NCBI RefSeq assembly: GCF_016904885.1
Contig: NZ_JADWYI010000001.1
Coordinates: 7,177,224 to 7,241,223, forward strand
Length of the DNA: 64,000 nt
Origin: [Archangium] primigenium
Lineage (GTDB): Bacteria > Myxococcota > Myxococcia > Myxococcales > Myxococcaceae
Direction of reading: 5' to 3'
Part shown: piece after piece, positions 8,653-18,232 of the stretch
How positions within the stretch are numbered: the stretch's first letter is position 1
How the letters are laid out: each line of letters starts with the position of its first letter
Program-made: the position numbers and the translations under genes
The notes under the pieces: generated by a model
Seen by the model: only the letters and a program-made list of their open reading frames with translations
Database searches by the model: none
What the model was told of the DNA's origin: nothing

Positions 8653-9609
8653 ATGGCGCAGGGCATGGTCACCAAGGTGAGCGGCACGGTCTGTGGCGTA
8701 TGCGAAGGGCGGACCTACGTCATCGAGCGGCAGGGGGACCGGGCCCATGCGCGGGTGTGCACGTGCTCGGCGCTCTGCCCGCTGTGTGACGGGCGCGGCT
8801 ATGCCTACGAGGTGCGCGAGCAGGCCTTCAGCGCCCGGGTGGGGCCCAAGCGCTACGAGGTGCTGGTGCCGTGCGTGTGCCAGCACCGCGCCCGGCGCGT
8901 GGCGCGCTTCAACGAGATCGGCCTGCCCGGCGTCACCTCGCACGCGAGCTTCGAGAACTACCGCGCCGCCAACGAGGCCCAGGACCGCGCGCGCAACCTC
9001 GCCATGCACTTCGCCCACCACTACGACAAGGCGGGGCTCAACAAGGGCTTCATGCTCAGCGGCCCGGTGGGCACCGGCAAGACACACCTGCTGGCCGCCA
9101 CGCTCAAGCACCTGGTGCTCGAGGTGGGGCTCGAGGCGCGCTACGTGGAGATCTCCCTGCTCTACGCCACCATCCGGCGCGGATTCCAGGAGGGCAAGAG
9201 CGGCGGGGAGATCATCGGCCCCCTGTCGGACGTGACCGTGCTCGCCATCGACGAGATGGGCAAGGGGCGCGGCAGCCAGTTCGAGATGGAGACGCTCGAT
9301 GAGCTCATCGCCCGGCGCTACAACGCGGGGCGCACCACGCTCTTCGCGACCAACTACTCGCTGGAGCCCGAGCGCCGCGCCGCCCGCTCCGCGGCCCCCA
9401 CGGGCTACCGCTCCACCGAGGACTCCAAGAGCGCGGCGCGCGAGACGGAGCTTTTGCGCGAGCGCGTGGGCGAGCGCATCTACAGCCGCCTGTGCGAGAT
9501 GTGCGCCTTCGTGGAGATGCCCAAGGACACGCCCGACCGGCGCCGGCTCATCCAGGAGGCGGACATGCGCCCGGGGCCCGGCGGCGGCCCGCGTGGCATG
9601 GGGCGCTGA
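8653..9609 (+). CDS. DnaC/DnaI/IstB-like AAA+ ATPase with N-terminal Cys-rich zinc-ribbon region
   Basis: Walker A GPVGTGKTHL; Walker B VLAIDEMGKG; IstB/DnaC-like arrangement. N-terminal CxxC...CxC...CxxC...CxC cluster (CGVCEG..VCTCSALCPLCDG..VPCVC). Confidence 0.75.
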   Translation: MAQGMVTKVSGTVCGVCEGRTYVIERQGDRAHARVCTCSALCPLCDGRGYAYEVREQAFSARVGPKRYEVLVPCVCQHRARRVARFNEIGLPGVTSHASFENYRAANEAQDRARNLAMHFAHHYDKAGLNKGFMLSGPVGTGKTHLLAATLKHLVLEVGLEARYVEISLLYATIRRGFQEGKSGGEIIGPLSDVTVLAIDEMGKGRGSQFEMETLDELIARRYNAGRTTLFATNYSLEPERRAARSAAPTGYRSTEDSKSAARETELLRERVGERIYSRLCEMCAFVEMPKDTPDRRRLIQEADMRPGPGGGPRGMGR

Positions 9610-9668
9610 AACGGCGCGGGCCCCCGCCTCCCGTCGAGGGAAGCGAGGGCCCGATGCCCGTCACCGCC

Positions 9669-12191
9669 TCACGGGGTGATGGCGCGCAGGGTCGCGTTGC
9701 CCGAGTCCGCCACGTAGAGCGTGCCGTCCGGACCCACCGCGAGGCCGCCAGGCACCACCAGGTCCGCCACGTCTCCGCGGCCGTCCCGCGCGCCGAACAA
9801 GCCCGAGCCCGCGAGCGTCGTCACGTCGCCGTTGGGGGCGATGCGGCGCACGCGGTAGTTGCCCGGATCCGAGAAGGCCACCTGACCGTCCGGCATCACC
9901 GCGAGTCCCACGTACGGCAGCATGCGCGCCCCCTCGCCCTGGGCATCCGCGAAGCCTCCCGGCGGCGAGCCGGCCAGCACGCGCACCGTGCCGTCCTTGA
10001 GCGCCAGCACCCGCATCATGCCCGTCTCCACCACGTACACCGTGCCGTCCGGCCCCTCCGCCACGGCCGAGGGGCGGTACATCCACAGGTTGGACTGCAG
10101 CGTGGTCACGGGGTTGCCCGGCGCGGCGAGGTCGATGCGGCGGATGACGCCGTTGCCCAGATCCGCCACCAGCAGCTCGTTGCGCGGCGTGACGAAGAGG
10201 CCCGAGGGCTGGTTGAAGCGCGCCTGGGCGGCGTCCCCATCCATCATGCCCGCCTGCATCTCCGCCCCGGCGAAGATGGTCGTGGTGCCGTCCGGGGTGA
10301 CGCGGCGGATGCAGTAGTTGTCCGAGTCGGCGACGTAGACGTTGCCCTGCGCGTCCGCGGCGATCCCCAGCGGGCCGTTGAGCCGCGTCTGCGACAGCGT
10401 GGAGATGGTCCCGTCGGGATCCACGCGCTTGATCTTGTTGGCCAGCGCGTCCGCCACCGCCCAGCCACCGCCGGGCAGCACCGCCACCGCCACGGGCGCC
10501 GCCAGCAGGCCCTGGCCCGGCGCCCCGTCCTGGTCGCCGCGCTTGCCGGCCTGTCCGGCCACCGTGCGCACGTTCTGCGCGAAGGGGCCCCGCGCCTCGG
10601 GCAGCCGCGGCGGGTTCATGCGCACCAGGTCCTCGGGCACCGCACGGCCCAGTGCCCGGTAGAGCACGTTGGCCACGATGCGCGCGGCCCGATCATCCCC
10701 CGCCTCGGTGACGCCCAGCACGTGCACGAAGTCGATGCCGCCCGCGGAGAACACCCACGCGTTGCCCTTGCGGAACACCACCATCTGCCCGAAGCCGAAG
10801 GCCCCCTGCAGCGACAGCGCGGGCGACTCGGCCAGCACCTCCAGGCCCGCGGGCGACTTGCCGTTCTGCACCACCTGGTCCTGCTCGTAGCCGTTGGCGC
10901 GCCAGATGAGGTCGCCGTTCTTCAGGCCCGTGCCCTCGTAGGCCCAGTGCTCCGCCTTGGTGACGACCACCGGGTGGGCGAACTGGTGCCAGCGCGAGGA
11001 GAACATCACGCCCAACAGCTCGTTCTCCGGCCGGCCCGTGGGCAGGGAGCGGAACTTCGTCGTCAGCTCCTGGCTCTTGAGCCCCACCGGATCGCGCTTG
11101 TCGCCCTTGTAGCAGGTGACGACGCGGTCCTTGCGGCCATCCGCGGCGGGCTCCAGACGCACCTGCCAGTAGGCCTGGTTGGCCCCGAGGTTGATGATGG
11201 AGCGGCCCTCGGCCTGGGCCTTGTCCGCGCGGTCGCGCAGGGTGCCCGTCCAGTACTCGTCGTGGCCCGACATCACCAGCACCTTGGCGTGCTCGAGCGC
11301 CGCGCCGCTGCGGTCCAGCTCCTCGTTGGTCACGTACGTCACGTCCAGGCCCTGGGCCTCCATCCACATGATGAGCCCATGCTCGTCGTCCATCAGGTGG
11401 CCCGCGCCGAAGTTGCGGTAGTAGGGCCGATCGAACGAGGCCTGGAAGGCGCGGCCCGTGCCGGTGATGCCCGGCTTGTCGTCATAGAGGCTCGTGCCGC
11501 CCCAGGCGTTGTACGCCTGCCAGTTGAGCGTGGGGATGAGCACCGTCACGTCCGAGGCGGGGAACGGATCCCTCACGAAGAAGGGCACGTAGCGCTGGAA
11601 GTTGTCCTCGCGCACGAGCTTCACCACGTACACGCCGGGCACCCACTTGTCGTCCGTGGCGATCTCCAGCGTGGGCTTCCACGTGCAGCTCACCAGGCCC
11701 GTGGGGCGCTGGGGCAGACACGGCGTCTGGGGCACGGCCTGCACCGGGCCGGCCCGCATCACCTCGCGGCCTCCCATGCCGCCGTAGTAGCCCAGGCGGT
11801 AGACCTCGTAGGAGAACTTGCGCGGCCCGTCCTTCACCGACACCGCGACGGGCACCCGCTCCCCGGGCGACACCGTGGCCACGAGCGCGTAGCCCTCGAT
11901 CTCGTTGTTGTTGGCGCCCTTGGTCACCTTCCACGCCCGCGAGCCCGGCTTCGCGTTCTCCTTGCGGATGAGCTCGGCGTCGTGCGGCGGCTTGTCGGGA
12001 TCGGTCTCGCCCGGCCCGGGCAGCGGAGGCGGTCCGTCCGGACGCCCCGGAACCCCCGCATCCGGGGTCTGCAGCGGTGCGTCCTGAACCGGCTCATTGC
12101 GAGAGGCGGCGTTCTCCTTGCAGCCTCCCGCCAGACCCATGAGCACGCCCAGGGCCACCGACATCCCGAAGTTGTTCCGACCGTGTCCCAT
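9669..12191 (-). CDS. Lipoprotein with N-terminal N,N-dimethylformamidase-large-subunit-like (GATase-like) domain and C-terminal NHL beta-propeller repeats
   Basis: A start at 12191 (MGHGRNNFGMSVALGVLMGLAGGCKENAA) gives a lipobox. The C-terminal half has >=6 NHL-type repeats (YVADSDNYCIRRV, LLVADLGNGVIRRI, YVVETG..., LYVADSGNATLRAI). Confidence 0.75.
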   Translation of the reverse strand: MGHGRNNFGMSVALGVLMGLAGGCKENAASRNEPVQDAPLQTPDAGVPGRPDGPPPLPGPGETDPDKPPHDAELIRKENAKPGSRAWKVTKGANNNEIEGYALVATVSPGERVPVAVSVKDGPRKFSYEVYRLGYYGGMGGREVMRAGPVQAVPQTPCLPQRPTGLVSCTWKPTLEIATDDKWVPGVYVVKLVREDNFQRYVPFFVRDPFPASDVTVLIPTLNWQAYNAWGGTSLYDDKPGITGTGRAFQASFDRPYYRNFGAGHLMDDEHGLIMWMEAQGLDVTYVTNEELDRSGAALEHAKVLVMSGHDEYWTGTLRDRADKAQAEGRSIINLGANQAYWQVRLEPAADGRKDRVVTCYKGDKRDPVGLKSQELTTKFRSLPTGRPENELLGVMFSSRWHQFAHPVVVTKAEHWAYEGTGLKNGDLIWRANGYEQDQVVQNGKSPAGLEVLAESPALSLQGAFGFGQMVVFRKGNAWVFSAGGIDFVHVLGVTEAGDDRAARIVANVLYRALGRAVPEDLVRMNPPRLPEARGPFAQNVRTVAGQAGKRGDQDGAPGQGLLAAPVAVAVLPGGGWAVADALANKIKRVDPDGTISTLSQTRLNGPLGIAADAQGNVYVADSDNYCIRRVTPDGTTTIFAGAEMQAGMMDGDAAQARFNQPSGLFVTPRNELLVADLGNGVIRRIDLAAPGNPVTTLQSNLWMYRPSAVAEGPDGTVYVVETGMMRVLALKDGTVRVLAGSPPGGFADAQGEGARMLPYVGLAVMPDGQVAFSDPGNYRVRRIAPNGDVTTLAGSGLFGARDGRGDVADLVVPGGLAVGPDGTLYVADSGNATLRAITP

Positions 12192-12293
12192 GCCTGTCTC
12201 CCGTTCCCCTTGGGGCTCCCACGGTAAGCACGACCCCCCACCAGGGAAGTGTCGTGCCCCGGATTGAGTAGGCACGTGGACACATCGGGGCGA

Positions 12294-13490
12294 TCACGTT
12301 CCGAGGAAGTCCCGGTGCAACCCGGACGTGAGGGACTTCAAGTGTTGCTTGTCCACCAGCAGCGTGAGCTGCAAGGGCGAGGTGTGCACCGCGTGCACCC
12401 GGGCGCCCAGGGACTCGGCCACGCCCAGCGCCCGGCGCAGGTGGCTCCAGTCCGCGTTGAGGCCGGCCCCCACCGCCGTCACCGCCCCCACGTCCCCACA
12501 CCACGTCACCGCCTGGCCGAAGCGCTCGCCCAATTCACGCTGGAGCGCCTCCGGGCCGTGCACGTCCTGCGAGGGCAGCGCGATGAAGGCCCGCCCCTCG
12601 CGGCCGAGCAGCCCGTCGAACGCCAGGGCGCGGCCCCGCGCGCCGCGCGCGTCGAGGAACTCGAGCAGCGCGGCCATGCGTCCGGACTCCAGGGCCACCG
12701 CGAGCACCACCATCTCCGCCTCGGCCGTCACGCCCCGCACGCGCGGGTCCGTGGGCGAGCCCCGCCCGTGCACCGCCGTGCCGCTGCCCGGGGCGTGCGC
12801 CGTGCGCGCCTGGATGACGATGCCCTTGGCCTTGGCGAACTCCACCGCCTGGGCGTTGAGCACCTTGGCGCCCGCGCCCGCGAGCTCCTGCATCTCGTCG
12901 TACGAGAGCGACTCCAGCTTGCGCGCCTCGGGCACCACCCGCGGGTCCGCGCTGAAGATGCCATCCACGTCCGAGTAGATCTCACACGACTCGGCCCCCA
13001 GCGCCGCCGCCAGCGCCACCGCCGTGGTGTCCGAGCCTCCCCGGCCGAGCGTCGTCACCTCGCGCTTGGAGGACACGCCCTGGTAGCCGGCGACGATCAC
13101 CACCTGGCCGCGCCCGAGCTCCTCCTCGATGCGGTGGGGCCGCACCTCCACGATGCGCGCCTGGGCGTGGGTGTCCGTGGTGATGATGCCACTCTGACTG
13201 CCCGTGAAGCTGATGGCCCCCACGCCCATCTCCTGCAGCGCCATGGACAAGAGCGCCATGGAGATGCGCTCGCCACAGGTGAGCAGCATGTCCAGCTCGC
13301 GCCGCGGCGGGTCCGCCGACACCTTCTTGGCCAGCGCCAGGAGCTCGTCCGTGGTGTCCCCCATGGCCGAGACCACCACCACCACCTGGTAGCCCTGGTC
13401 CCGCGTCGCCTTCACCCGGCCGGCCACCCGGCGGATCTTCTCCACGTCCGCGACCGAGGAGCCGCCGTATTTCTGCACCACGATTGGCAT
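12294..13490 (-). CDS. lysC: Aspartate kinase
   Basis: 398 aa. [14 protein letters not shown]-terminus, amino-acid kinase fold and C-terminal ACT-like regulatory region. Classic aspartokinase. Confidence 0.9.
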   Translation of the reverse strand: MPIVVQKYGGSSVADVEKIRRVAGRVKATRDQGYQVVVVVSAMGDTTDELLALAKKVSADPPRRELDMLLTCGERISMALLSMALQEMGVGAISFTGSQSGIITTDTHAQARIVEVRPHRIEEELGRGQVVIVAGYQGVSSKREVTTLGRGGSDTTAVALAAALGAESCEIYSDVDGIFSADPRVVPEARKLESLSYDEMQELAGAGAKVLNAQAVEFAKAKGIVIQARTAHAPGSGTAVHGRGSPTDPRVRGVTAEAEMVVLAVALESGRMAALLEFLDARGARGRALAFDGLLGREGRAFIALPSQDVHGPEALQRELGERFGQAVTWCGDVGAVTAVGAGLNADWSHLRRALGVAESLGARVHAVHTSPLQLTLLVDKQHLKSLTSGLHRDFLGT

Positions 13491-13627
13491 GAACCACCCT
13501 CTGCTTTGTTCCTAGGACCCCGCGATGGTCGCGGGTAACCTGCTGGTGTGTCTGGCAAGACACACCGGAAGCCCCCCATGCACAAGGCCCGCCATCTCCA
13601 CCCTCCCCCGCCCCTCCGGAGCGCCCC

Positions 13628-14362
13628 ATGCGACCGATGATCGAGGTGCGCCAGCTCACCAAGCGCTACCGGGAGCGCATCGCCGTGGAGCACCTGGACT
13701 TCTCCGTGGCCGAGGGAGAAATCCTCGGATTCCTCGGACCCAACGGCGCGGGCAAGTCCACCACCATGCGCATCCTCACCGGGGTGATGCCGCCGTCCGA
13801 GGGCACGGCGCGGGTGGCGGGCTTCGATGTCTTCGAGCAGCCCCTGGAGGTCAAGCGCCGCATCGGCTACCTGCCGGAGACGCCGCCCCTGTACCCGGAG
13901 ATGACGGTGGTGGGCTACCTGCGCTTCGTGGCGCGGCTCAAGCAATTGCCCGGCAAGGGGCTGGGCGCCGAGGTGGAGCGGGTGGCGGGCCTCACGGGCG
14001 TGTCCGACGTCCTGGGCCGGGTCATCCAGAACCTGTCCAAGGGCTACCAGCAGCGCGTGGGCATCGCCCAGGCCCTGCTCGGCGCGCCGCCGGTGCTCAT
14101 CCTCGACGAGCCCACCGAGGGGTTGGATCCCACGCAGCGCGCCGACATGCGCGCCCTCATCAAGGGGCTCGCGGGCAAGCACACCGTCATCCTCTCCACC
14201 CACCTGCTGCCCGAGGTGACGATGACGTGCGAGAAGGTGCTCATCCTCCACCAGGGGCGCGTGGTGGCCCATGACACGCCGGCGCGGCTCGTGCGCGCGC
14301 ATGGTGGCAAGGCGGAGAACGTGTCCCTGGAGCAGATCTTCATCAAGCTGACGGCGGCCTGA
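13628..14362 (+). CDS. ABC transporter ATP-binding protein (ABC-2/GldA-like)
   Basis: Walker A GPNGAGKST, signature LSKGYQQR, Walker B ILDEPTEGLD. 244 aa. Confidence 0.9.
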   Translation: MRPMIEVRQLTKRYRERIAVEHLDFSVAEGEILGFLGPNGAGKSTTMRILTGVMPPSEGTARVAGFDVFEQPLEVKRRIGYLPETPPLYPEMTVVGYLRFVARLKQLPGKGLGAEVERVAGLTGVSDVLGRVIQNLSKGYQQRVGIAQALLGAPPVLILDEPTEGLDPTQRADMRALIKGLAGKHTVILSTHLLPEVTMTCEKVLILHQGRVVAHDTPARLVRAHGGKAENVSLEQIFIKLTAA

Positions 14363-14394
14363 GCGCCGCGTCCCTTCCCTTCCGGAGGCCCCCC

Positions 14395-15186
14395 ATGCGC
14401 ACCGCCCTGGCGATCGCCCGCAAGGAGCTGTCCATCTACTTCACCACGCCCTGGGCCTATGCCGTCTTCACGGCGATGCAGGCCCTGGCGGCGTTCTTCT
14501 TCATGAGCGGCCTGGCCGACTTCCAGCGCGCCCAGGTCCAGGCGCGCCAGACGAGCTGGCAGCAGGTGCCCCCCATGTTCCGCAACCTCACCGACGGGGT
14601 GATGGTGCCGTTCTGGAACAGCGCGCTGATGATCACCCTCTTCGTGGTGCCCTTCCTGTCCATGCGGCTGTTCGCCGAGGAGCGGCGCAACAAGACGTTC
14701 GAGCTGCTCATGGCCTCGCCCATCCGGCCCGTGGAGATCGTCCTCGGCAAGTACCTGGGCGGCCTGGGCATCACCACCGCCACGCTCGGGCTCACGCTGC
14801 TCTTCCCCCTGACGCTCGCGTGGCTGGGCACGGGGGAGTCCGGGGCGCTGGAGTGGGGCACGGTGCTGCTCGGCTATGCCGGCCTGCTCTTGTGGGGCGC
14901 CACCTGCATGGCCGTCGGGCTGTTCATCTCCGCGCTCACCCAGAGCCAGATGGTGGCCGCCCTGGTCACCTTCGCCGTGCTCCTGCCGTGGATGATGCTG
15001 CGCGGGCTCGCCCAGAGCACCGAGGAGCCCCTGCGCTCCGTGCTCGGCTACCTGTCCTTCTCCACGCAGTTGTCCGGGATGCTCGGCGGCGTGCTGGACC
15101 TGCAGACGCCCGTGTTCTTCCTGTCCGTCATCGTCTTCTCCTTGCTGCTCTGCCACCGCGCGGTGGAGTCCCGGCGGTGGGCATGA
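14395..15186 (+). CDS. ABC-2 family permease (GldF-like)
   Basis: 263 aa with 6 predicted TM helices, directly after the ATPase. Confidence 0.85.
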   Translation: MRTALAIARKELSIYFTTPWAYAVFTAMQALAAFFFMSGLADFQRAQVQARQTSWQQVPPMFRNLTDGVMVPFWNSALMITLFVVPFLSMRLFAEERRNKTFELLMASPIRPVEIVLGKYLGGLGITTATLGLTLLFPLTLAWLGTGESGALEWGTVLLGYAGLLLWGATCMAVGLFISALTQSQMVAALVTFAVLLPWMMLRGLAQSTEEPLRSVLGYLSFSTQLSGMLGGVLDLQTPVFFLSVIVFSLLLCHRAVESRRWA

Positions 15187-16766
15187 ACGCGGCCAACCTG
15201 GGGCGGATCCTCGGCGTCTTCGGGCTGGTGCTGCTGCTCTCCAGTCCCTTCACCTTCTTCTTCACCTCGGGCTCGCCCACCGTGGCCGGCATCAAGGCGG
15301 GCGTGGGCGCGGTGCTCGTGGCGGTGTCCTTCGCCACGAACTACCGGCGCCTGGGCCAGTTCGCCTCGCGCCGCTCGAGCTTCTTCTTCATCCAGTCCAC
15401 GCTCCTGGTGCTCGCGGTGCTGGGCATCCTGGTGGCGCTCAACTACCTGGCCCACCAGAAGAACCGGCGCTGGGATCTCACCGAGCGCCAGGTCTTCACC
15501 CTGTCGGCCCTGACGCGCGGCACGCTCGCCCAGCTCACCGAGCCCGTCCAGGTGCTCGCCTTCATCCCGCCGGAGCACACCGCCTACGAGGCCCTGCGCA
15601 CCACCTTCGAGCGCTACCACGCCGAGGCGCCCGACAAATTCGACTACGCGTTCCGGGATCCCCGGCGCTATCCGGACCTGGCGGCGAAGTACGAGCTGAG
15701 CGACGGCCAGATGCAGGTGGTGCTCACGCGGGGAGAGGGCGAGCAGCAGTCCCACACCCGGCTCAACGTCGTGAGCGAGCAGGAGCTCACCAGCGCCATC
15801 CTGCGGCTGGGCGCCAGCCGCGAGCAGCACGTGTACTTCACCGTGGGCCATGGCGAGTGGTCGCTGGATCAGACGGTTCCGCGCCCCGGCCAGGCCGGGC
15901 GGACGGTGAGCCTGGCGCGGATGAAGCAGCAGCTCACGCTGGAGGGCTACTCCACGCGGGCGCTGAACCTCGGGGGCGGCACGCGCGTGCCCGCCAACAG
16001 CGCGCTGGTGGTCATCGCCGGGCCCAAGGCCCCCTTCGGCGCGCCCGAGGTGGACTCGCTGGCCGCCTACCTGAACGAAGGGGGTCGGCTGCTCTACTTC
16101 GCCGAGGCCTATGGCGACCCGGGTCCGGAGCTGGCGGCGCTGCTGGCGCGCTACGGCGTGCGGGTGGAGCCGGGCGTCATCGCCGACGGCCAGTTCAACG
16201 GCGGCAACCCCTACGTCGTGGTGTCGCTCTTCTTCGGAGACCACGAGATCGCCCGGCCCCTGCGCCAGCGTCAGCTCAACATCCAACTGCCCACGGCGCG
16301 AGGGCTCGCCACGAACACCGAGGGCGAGGCGGCGGACGTGAAGCCCGTGCCCGTGGTGCTCACCTCGCCCTTTGGCTGGGTGGAGACGAACCCCGACGAC
16401 AAGCCCTACCCCGACGCGAGCGAGCGCCGGGGCAACATCCCCCTGGTCATCGCCAGCACCCGCGACGTCTCCATGAATCCGCGCCGGAGCGACGACCAGG
16501 CCCGGGTGGTCGTGGTGGGTGACTCCGAGGTGCTGTTCGACTCCAACTGGGGCCACGAGGGCAACCGCAACCTGGTGATGAACGTCTTTGGATGGCTCAC
16601 CCACCAGGACAACAAGATCAGCATCCGGCCCCCGGATCGGGCCTATTCCACCATTCCCCTGGACGCGGAGTTGATCGCCCGCCTCCGCTTCATCTCGGCC
16701 GACGTGCTACCCCTCTCGCTGCTGTGCGTGGGGCTGGCCATCTGGCTCACGAGGCGCAACCAGTGA
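15183..16766 (+). CDS. GldG-like ABC-transporter-associated protein (ABC-type uncharacterised transport system auxiliary component)
   Basis: The internal ATG at 15183 overlaps the permease stop (ATGA). The track ORF beginning at 14820 reads through the permease in another frame. N- and C-terminal TM segments flank a large periplasmic domain. Confidence 0.8.
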   Translation: MNAANLGRILGVFGLVLLLSSPFTFFFTSGSPTVAGIKAGVGAVLVAVSFATNYRRLGQFASRRSSFFFIQSTLLVLAVLGILVALNYLAHQKNRRWDLTERQVFTLSALTRGTLAQLTEPVQVLAFIPPEHTAYEALRTTFERYHAEAPDKFDYAFRDPRRYPDLAAKYELSDGQMQVVLTRGEGEQQSHTRLNVVSEQELTSAILRLGASREQHVYFTVGHGEWSLDQTVPRPGQAGRTVSLARMKQQLTLEGYSTRALNLGGGTRVPANSALVVIAGPKAPFGAPEVDSLAAYLNEGGRLLYFAEAYGDPGPELAALLARYGVRVEPGVIADGQFNGGNPYVVVSLFFGDHEIARPLRQRQLNIQLPTARGLATNTEGEAADVKPVPVVLTSPFGWVETNPDDKPYPDASERRGNIPLVIASTRDVSMNPRRSDDQARVVVVGDSEVLFDSNWGHEGNRNLVMNVFGWLTHQDNKISIRPPDRAYSTIPLDAELIARLRFISADVLPLSLLCVGLAIWLTRRNQ

Positions 16767-18232
16767 ACGCCACCCAGAAGAATGTCGTCACCCTGCTGGC
16801 CACCGTGGCGGTGGCCGTCGCCCTGGGCTTCTACGCCTTCGTCGGGGACAAGACCCCCACCGCGCCGCCGCCGCCCCCGCCCGAGGAGCCCCCCGCGCTG
16901 CTCGGCCGCCAGGACGCGGGCACCGTCGCCGCCGAGGCCCCTCCACCCCTCGTCATGGCCATCGCCCTGGACACCCCTCGGGGCAAGCTGGCGCTGGAGC
17001 GGCAGGAGGAGGGCTGGCGCATCACCGAGCCCATTTCGTCCGCGGCGGACCAGCCGCTGGTGGAGACCCTGGCGCGCGAGCTGAGCGTGACGAAGTTCAA
17101 GAGCATCCTGGAGACGGCCCCCACCGAGGAGGACCTGGTGCGCTACGGCCTCCAGCCGCCCGTGGCCACCGCCCGCATCCGGCTCCGGGAGGGCGAGGCC
17201 TCGGGCCCGACCACGCTCACGCTTCAGTTGGGCAAGGACAACACCTTCGATGGCTCCATCTACGTGCGGCGCGAGGGCGACCCGCGCGTGTACCAGGCTC
17301 ACGGCGCGCTGCGCCTGGCGCTCTTCAAGGGCCTGGACGAGTGGCGCGACCGCCTGATCTTCCCGGTGGAGGAGCGCGCCCTGCTGCGCGTCGAGATCAA
17401 GGTTCGCGACAACCGCTACACCCTGGAGCGGCACGCCTCCGACCAGCCCTGGGAGCTGACGCGGCCGGTGACGATGCCCGCGGACACGGAGCGGGTGCGC
17501 GAGCTGGTGTCGGACCTCCGCGCGCGCCAGGCGCTCGGCTTCCCGGACGCGGCGCTGGAGACGCGCGTGCGCGAGGCCTTGAAGAAGCCCCTGGCGGAGC
17601 TGGCCTTCGTGCCCACCCTGGGCGCGCCCATGCGCGCGCGCGTCGCCAGCCTCGTCGTGGACGGGGGTCCCCGGGTGTACGCGCTGTGGGAAGGCCACGG
17701 GGAGCCCATGCTCGCCCAGGTGGACTCGTCCCTGTTCAACGTCATCGACCTGAAGCCCGCGGACCTCAAGACCCGGCAGGTGCTCTCCCTGCCCTCCGGT
17801 AGCATCGACCGCATCGTCATCCAGCCCGAGGGCGATGTGCCGCCCGTGCTCCTGCAGCTGGCCGCGGACGCGGGGCAGTGGGAGGTGGTGTCACCCCTGC
17901 CCGGTCGCGCCAAGCAGTTCGCCGTGGTGTCCCTGTTGGGCGCGCTGCGCAAGCTCGAGGCGCAGCGCGTGGCGGAGGCCCACCCCAAGAACCTGGCGCG
18001 CTACGGCCTCACCCCGAAGTCCGTCAGCGTGACGCTGCTGGACCCCGGGGGCCAGCAGCTCGCCCGCCTGTGGGTTGGCGCCCCCGTCACCGGCATGCCC
18101 CAGCGGCTCTGGGCCCAGGGCACCTCGGGCGACATTCTGGAGGTGGACAAGGCGAGCATCGACGCCCTGCCCCTGTCCCTCGAGGCCCTGATGGCCCAGA
18201 CGTCCCAGGGCGCCGCGCCTGGGGGCGGCTAG
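16763..18232 (+). CDS. DUF4340-like protein commonly encoded after gldG-type genes
   Basis: The GTG at 16763 overlaps the GldG-like stop (GTGA); the track ORF begins at an upstream GTG at 16592. It begins VNATQKNVVTLLATVAVAVALGFYAF (TM anchor), followed by a Pro-rich linker and a periplasmic domain. Fourth gene of the operon. Confidence 0.7.
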   Translation: MNATQKNVVTLLATVAVAVALGFYAFVGDKTPTAPPPPPPEEPPALLGRQDAGTVAAEAPPPLVMAIALDTPRGKLALERQEEGWRITEPISSAADQPLVETLARELSVTKFKSILETAPTEEDLVRYGLQPPVATARIRLREGEASGPTTLTLQLGKDNTFDGSIYVRREGDPRVYQAHGALRLALFKGLDEWRDRLIFPVEERALLRVEIKVRDNRYTLERHASDQPWELTRPVTMPADTERVRELVSDLRARQALGFPDAALETRVREALKKPLAELAFVPTLGAPMRARVASLVVDGGPRVYALWEGHGEPMLAQVDSSLFNVIDLKPADLKTRQVLSLPSGSIDRIVIQPEGDVPPVLLQLAADAGQWEVVSPLPGRAKQFAVVSLLGALRKLEAQRVAEAHPKNLARYGLTPKSVSVTLLDPGGQQLARLWVGAPVTGMPQRLWAQGTSGDILEVDKASIDALPLSLEALMAQTSQGAAPGGG

